DNA of 64,000 bases from an uncultured virus (IMG/VR IMGVR_UViG_3300027808_000024) (lineage: Duplodnaviria; Heunggongvirae; Uroviricota; Caudoviricetes), in IMG/VR virus record IMGVR_UViG_3300027808_000024; one strand, 5' to 3'. This document shows, piece by piece, positions 60,447-64,000 of this stretch. The notes beneath the pieces are model-generated. The model was not told the DNA's origin. It made no database searches and saw only the letters and a program-made list of their open reading frames with translations. Numbering within the stretch: the first letter of the stretch is position 1; every line of letters begins with the position of its first letter. A program made the translations under genes and the position numbers.

Positions 60447-60658
60447 CCCCCCCGGGGCCTTGCAACTCTAACTATTTAAATTAAAGTTGCAATTTTGAAA
60501 TCAAACTTTTATTTGATTCCATTTCATTTCAGCATTTTTTTTTCGCAATTCTCTGTTTTCATTTTCTAATTTTCTAAGTGTAATTAGTCCGTGAAATGTT
60601 ATTCCAATTAAGCCAACGAGAGCAATTATTATTGCGATTACATCAGTTGTTAAAAGTG

Positions 60659-60850
60659 TCATACGGGAATTAGTCCTATCTCATCAACACCGCAAGCCTT
60701 CTCAAATCTTGCGAAGTCAAATCTATCATTGTCAGACTTGAAAAATTGTGAAAACTCCTCTACCAAATCCTCAAAAACTTGCGGGTGGATTTCCTCGCTG
60801 AAACCTTTTAGAATTTCAGCGGTTTTGACATAGTCTTTTCGTGTCATCAT
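60659..60850 (-). CDS. Hypothetical protein
   Basis: MTRKDY..DNDRFD.ARF..AC. Confidence 0.6.
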   Translation of the reverse strand: MMTRKDYVKTAEILKGFSEEIHPQVFEDLVEEFSQFFKSDNDRFDFARFEKACGVDEIGLIPV

Positions 60851-61110
60851 TAGTTAGACCCCTCATCTAATAGAATAAATGCGTGAGTTCCACCATTATT
60901 TATTTTAGTTAGTGCTATTAGCAATTCATCTTTAGTTAGAAATGAAGCGTCACCTACCAATTCGGTTAGTGCTTGAATATTTAATTCAGCAAATGCGCCA
61001 GCAGGCAGGCTCTCAATACTAGATAGAAATGGAGAGTCAGAATAAACTCTTGAAACGAATTTTACTCCGTTAGTTGTAAATGGGAAATCTTTATAGGTTG
61101 TGTTAGTCAT
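60850..61110 (-). CDS. Hypothetical protein
   Basis: AGAAAGG RBS. Confidence 0.55.
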   Translation of the reverse strand: MTNTTYKDFPFTTNGVKFVSRVYSDSPFLSSIESLPAGAFAELNIQALTELVGDASFLTKDELLIALTKINNGGTHAFILLDEGSN

Positions 61111-61238
61111 AGTTAGTTTTTACCTTTCTTGGTGTTTGTGTTATTTACTATTTTAGCGATTTTCTCTAAGTTTGTCAATTCTTGCGCCTTGCGCTGGCTC
61201 TCAATAAGAGCCTTGAATTCGTGTAGTTTCATTGGAGA

Positions 61239-61445
61239 TTACTCTCCAACTTTAACTGCTAGGGTAGCCCAATAATCTCGGGAAGCAAATCTGAAGCGAA
61301 TTGCGTAGGCTTCATAGCCCTCAGATAGATAGACATTATCTCGCTTCTCAGCGTAGTTAATTTCTCCACCCATAAATCTCCTGCTCATAGAGCGTGGATA
61401 GTAGAACTTGCCAACTAGCAAGTCTGGAATTGAGTATGATTTCAT
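61239..61445 (-). CDS. Hypothetical protein
   Basis: AGAAAGG RBS. Confidence 0.55.
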   Translation of the reverse strand: MKSYSIPDLLVGKFYYPRSMSRRFMGGEINYAEKRDNVYLSEGYEAYAIRFRFASRDYWATLAVKVGE

Positions 61446-61557
61446 TTTAAGTTATCCTTTCTAAGATACTTTCTAATAGTTCTATTATTTCATTTTTTAG
61501 CGTAAAAGTCAAATTAGACCCACGCTTGGTGAGTGTGAGGTTAATCACACCTTCCCC

Positions 61558-61755
61558 CTAGTTAGGGAGAATGTCTATTCCGTAGTATTCTACGGCTTCA
61601 ACTATGTTAGTCATACCCTTATACTCACGACAAGATACGCATACCGCGTTCCAACGATCATAAGTAGTTGAGCAGAACACGCAGATTTTATCTTGAAAAT
61701 TAAAGTTATTTTCAATTAAGTATTCTATTACTTGATTTTTATCTAGTGTAGTCAT
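61558..61755 (-). CDS. Small Zn-binding protein
   Basis: CVFC..CVSC; AGAAAGG RBS. Confidence 0.6.
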   Translation of the reverse strand: MTTLDKNQVIEYLIENNFNFQDKICVFCSTTYDRWNAVCVSCREYKGMTNIVEAVEYYGIDILPN

Positions 61756-61788
61756 TTTAAGACCTACCTTTCTTTTTAGTGTGTTAAC

Positions 61789-61860
61789 TTATTTGCTCTT
61801 ATCTTATTTGCTAGGCTCACCTTTCGGATTATTTGCTAGGCTCATTTAAGAGGCTCATTT
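61789..61860 (-). repeat. Direct repeats in 5' leader (TGAGCCTAGCAAATAA x2 plus partial copies)
   Basis: ttatttgctaggctca at 61804 and 61829; partial copies at 61789 and 61851. Confidence 0.8.
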
Positions 61861-61888
61861 AACACTATTTATTTTTTCTTATACTAGA

Positions 61889-62115
61889 ATTATAACAGGG
61901 GGGTCTGACATTTTGAGAGAACAAATCAGGATAAATCGGACATTCTGAAAAACTATTTTTGTGATAGTAGTCACAAATAAACTATGACAAATCGGACACC
62001 CCCCGGGGACCGACACGCCCGAACGCGGGGGTGGGAAAAGTGTGACCAACACCACAAAAATACTTTGCGACACGCCGTGTTTAGATTTGATTTTGTCGGT
62101 CTGCTCTGTTATACT
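61889..62115. promoter_or_regulatory. Divergent promoter hub
   Basis: Leftward TGTCAG-N10-TATAAT (61889-61910); rightward TGTCGG-N10-TATACT (62094-62115); CRP-type, GACAC and GGACA motifs between. Confidence 0.7.
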
Positions 62116-62167
62116 TCCCGTATTAGATAGTTAAAATATAACTACTAAACGAAAGGTAAAAACTAAA

Positions 62168-62320
62168 ATGATAAGCGATTTTTTTGGAAATACATTGGAC
62201 TCAGTGTCAGACTTCTTTGGAAATATTACAGACTGGGCAGATGATGCTTTAGCAAGTGGGCCATGGCCAGCATTTATTGGCGTTGCCATATGCGTGATTA
62301 TAGGTATAGCCACCCTTTAG
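62168..62320 (+). CDS. 50 aa membrane protein (absent from ORF track)
   Basis: GAAAGG RBS; SDFFGN x2 then one TM. Confidence 0.55.
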   Translation: MISDFFGNTLDSVSDFFGNITDWADDALASGPWPAFIGVAICVIIGIATL

Positions 62321-62425
62321 GGTGTGACCTAAATCACAGGGATTACCCCACAGACACCCCCCAAAATGTCAGTGGCAACAGATAGAATTACAGGTATAAC
62401 AAAAAGAAAGGTTAGGTAGCAAAAA

Positions 62426-62584
62426 ATGCTAACACTAAATTACACAGTATCTAAAGAGGATACTATACTTACAACATCAGATAGGCTGATGATAAATGAG
62501 CGTCAAATAAATGACCTTATGGATAGCCTAGTGGCTTACGGATTTACAGTAGAGGCTATGTCAGTAGCCCCTGCTACACTTTAA
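62426..62584 (+). CDS. 52 aa hypothetical protein
   Basis: AGAAAGG RBS. Confidence 0.5.
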   Translation: MLTLNYTVSKEDTILTTSDRLMINERQINDLMDSLVAYGFTVEAMSVAPATL

Positions 62585-62607
62585 GAATTAAGAAAGGATA
62601 AACTAAA

Positions 62608-62715
62608 ATGATAAACGCAATAGAAAGAATAAATTGTGATGAGTGTTATGGACACGGACTTATTTTCTACGGAGATGAGAACAACTATGACACAGAACCT
62701 TGCGAGTGTGTATGA
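62608..62715 (+). CDS. 35 aa CxxCxGxG Zn-finger peptide
   Basis: MINAIERINCDECYGHGLIFYGDENNYDTEPCECV; AGAAAGGA RBS. Confidence 0.55.
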   Translation: MINAIERINCDECYGHGLIFYGDENNYDTEPCECV

Positions 62716-62817
62716 CCTACACACTAGAGCAACAACTGCGCCTAGCGTGGATAAATAAAAATGGTAGCCCCAAAGGTTATCACCAAGCAACACAACAACA
62801 GAAAGAACAGGTGTTAA

Positions 62818-63000
62818 ATGAAAATAACGATAACTAGTATGAGTGGCAAAGAAATGAAAATGGATTTGCCTACTAAAGAAAATGTCTATTACTTTATAGA
62901 CCTATACAAAAAATCTCTAAAGAAAAATCAACGAGTAAAAATTACTTGCGATTTATTAGGTATTGACGGATATTTACAAGGCACTGCTTCTAGTAAATAA
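62818..63000 (+). CDS. Hypothetical protein
   Basis: 60 aa ORF before terminator. Confidence 0.55.
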   Translation: MKITITSMSGKEMKMDLPTKENVYYFIDLYKKSLKKNQRVKITCDLLGIDGYLQGTASSK

Positions 63001-63017
63001 ACCGCTATAAATAGCCC

Positions 63018-63056
63018 TAGTGCGATCTCTCCAATAGTGGTCGCACTATTTTTTTT
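63018..63056 (+). terminator. Intrinsic terminator
   Basis: TAGTGCGA...TCGCACTA then T8. Confidence 0.85.
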
Positions 63057-63151
63057 ATTTTATTTTTTCAAATCATGCATCATACACTTTAGCAAAATAT
63101 TCAGATTTTCCCAAAATGAAAAATTTTTCAGATTTCGGGTATAATAAATAC

Positions 63152-63349
63152 ATGCCAAACCCCACACCCTGTATCCATGTATTTGAATATGTTCATCGTG
63201 AAACATGCCCCCATTGTGGGCGGTATACCCATGAACCCGATCATAACCTTAACTCTAAACTCTTTAAAGAATTCTACCTATCAGACGAACCTAAAAAATA
63301 CATATGCCCAATAGATGGGGGAACCATAAGAGGCTGGTGGTCTATATAG
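63152..63349 (+). CDS. Small Zn-binding protein
   Basis: Leaderless (TATAAT at 63140); CIH..CPHC..CP. Confidence 0.5.
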   Translation: MPNPTPCIHVFEYVHRETCPHCGRYTHEPDHNLNSKLFKEFYLSDEPKKYICPIDGGTIRGWWSI

Positions 63350-63502
63350 ATCTATTTTCCATATTTATTAATTATACTCAATATACCAATACATATACAA
63401 ATAGCCAGAGACATGTTTATAACAAATTGCAACATATAGCCATTATATAGCAAAACTATACAAAAAACAATATATATGCTACAATTATATAAAAGGGAAA
63501 AT

Positions 63503-64000
63503 ATGGACATTCAAATTATAGACGATTTCTTAGATAAAGACAGTTTTGAAAATATCAAAAATACCATGCTTTCAGAAAACTTCCCATGGTTCTATGTGCC
63601 CAGAAAAACAAATGGTTATGACTTTAATGAGAATTTTCAGTTTGTTCATATTTTTTATATACGTCATTCAATAAACTCAAACCATTCTCAAATTCTTAAT
63701 CCATTAATAGATAAAATTGATGCACTTGCTTTAGTAAAAATTAAAGCAAATTTAACAGTAAAAACCAAAGAAATTATTGATTATGGATATCATACAGACT
63801 ATATAACAGATAGCAAACTTTATACAGCAGTTTACTATATTAATAGTAATAATGGATCTACTAATTTTGAAAATGGTCCAAGCGTAAAATCTAAAGAAAA
63901 TAGAATAGTCATATTTGACTCTCAACTTCGTCATAGTGGCACTAGTTGTACAGATGAGCGTTTGAGAGTATTGATAAACTTGAACTTTTATAAAAATCCA
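63503..64000 (+). CDS. 2OG-Fe(II) oxygenase (stop codon beyond window edge)
   Basis: IIDDFL start, H-T-D, TAVYYIN, NRIVIFD, HSG, R..IN.N. Confidence 0.8.
   Translation, partial: MDIQIIDDFLDKDSFENIKNTMLSENFPWFYVPRKTNGYDFNENFQFVHIFYIRHSINSNHSQILNPLIDKIDALALVKIKANLTVKTKEIIDYGYHTDYITDSKLYTAVYYINSNNGSTNFENGPSVKSKENRIVIFDSQLRHSGTSCTDERLRVLINLNFYKNP

Noticed and set aside
53600..62400. Actinobacterial LexA SOS boxes (TCGAAC-N4-GTTCGA)
   Set aside because: Looked for alongside the PafBC-type motifs; none noticed

Overview
64 kb internal fragment of a large AT-rich tailed dsDNA phage with a siphovirus-like tail module. The host is most likely an Actinobacterium, plausibly a low-GC freshwater lineage; this is inferred from the WhiB gene, AGAAAGG ribosome-binding sites, many leaderless genes and actinobacterial promoter motifs. 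On the + strand, in order: end of the tape measure gene and tail/baseplate genes (1-10.2 kb); replication/recombination genes (DnaB, primase, SSB, DnaE, MazG, RecA, Cas4-like, RuvC-like; 10.3-21.3 kb); terminase subunits; secreted/surface proteins, a CHAP endolysin, proteases, Hsp20, thioredoxin, WhiB, a DenV-like glycosylase and a holin-like gene (24-38.5 kb). A mostly minus-strand glycosylation cluster follows (38.5-46.7 kb), then a non-coding origin-like region (~50.0-50.8 kb) and a leftward arm of small early-type genes ending at a divergent promoter hub (~61.9-62.4 kb). The most unusual signals are non-coding. (i) Four covarying H-type pseudoknots lie downstream of leftward genes. (ii) Seven CCCGGG-centred G/C tracts mark transcription-unit boundaries. 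(iii) Promoters carry close matches to host regulator sites (PafBC/RecA-NDp x6, CRP/GlxR x8, DnaA boxes, MraZ repeats, WhiA-like GACAC). (iv) A ROSE-type RNA thermometer precedes hsp20. All calls come from reading motifs by eye; no database searches were run.
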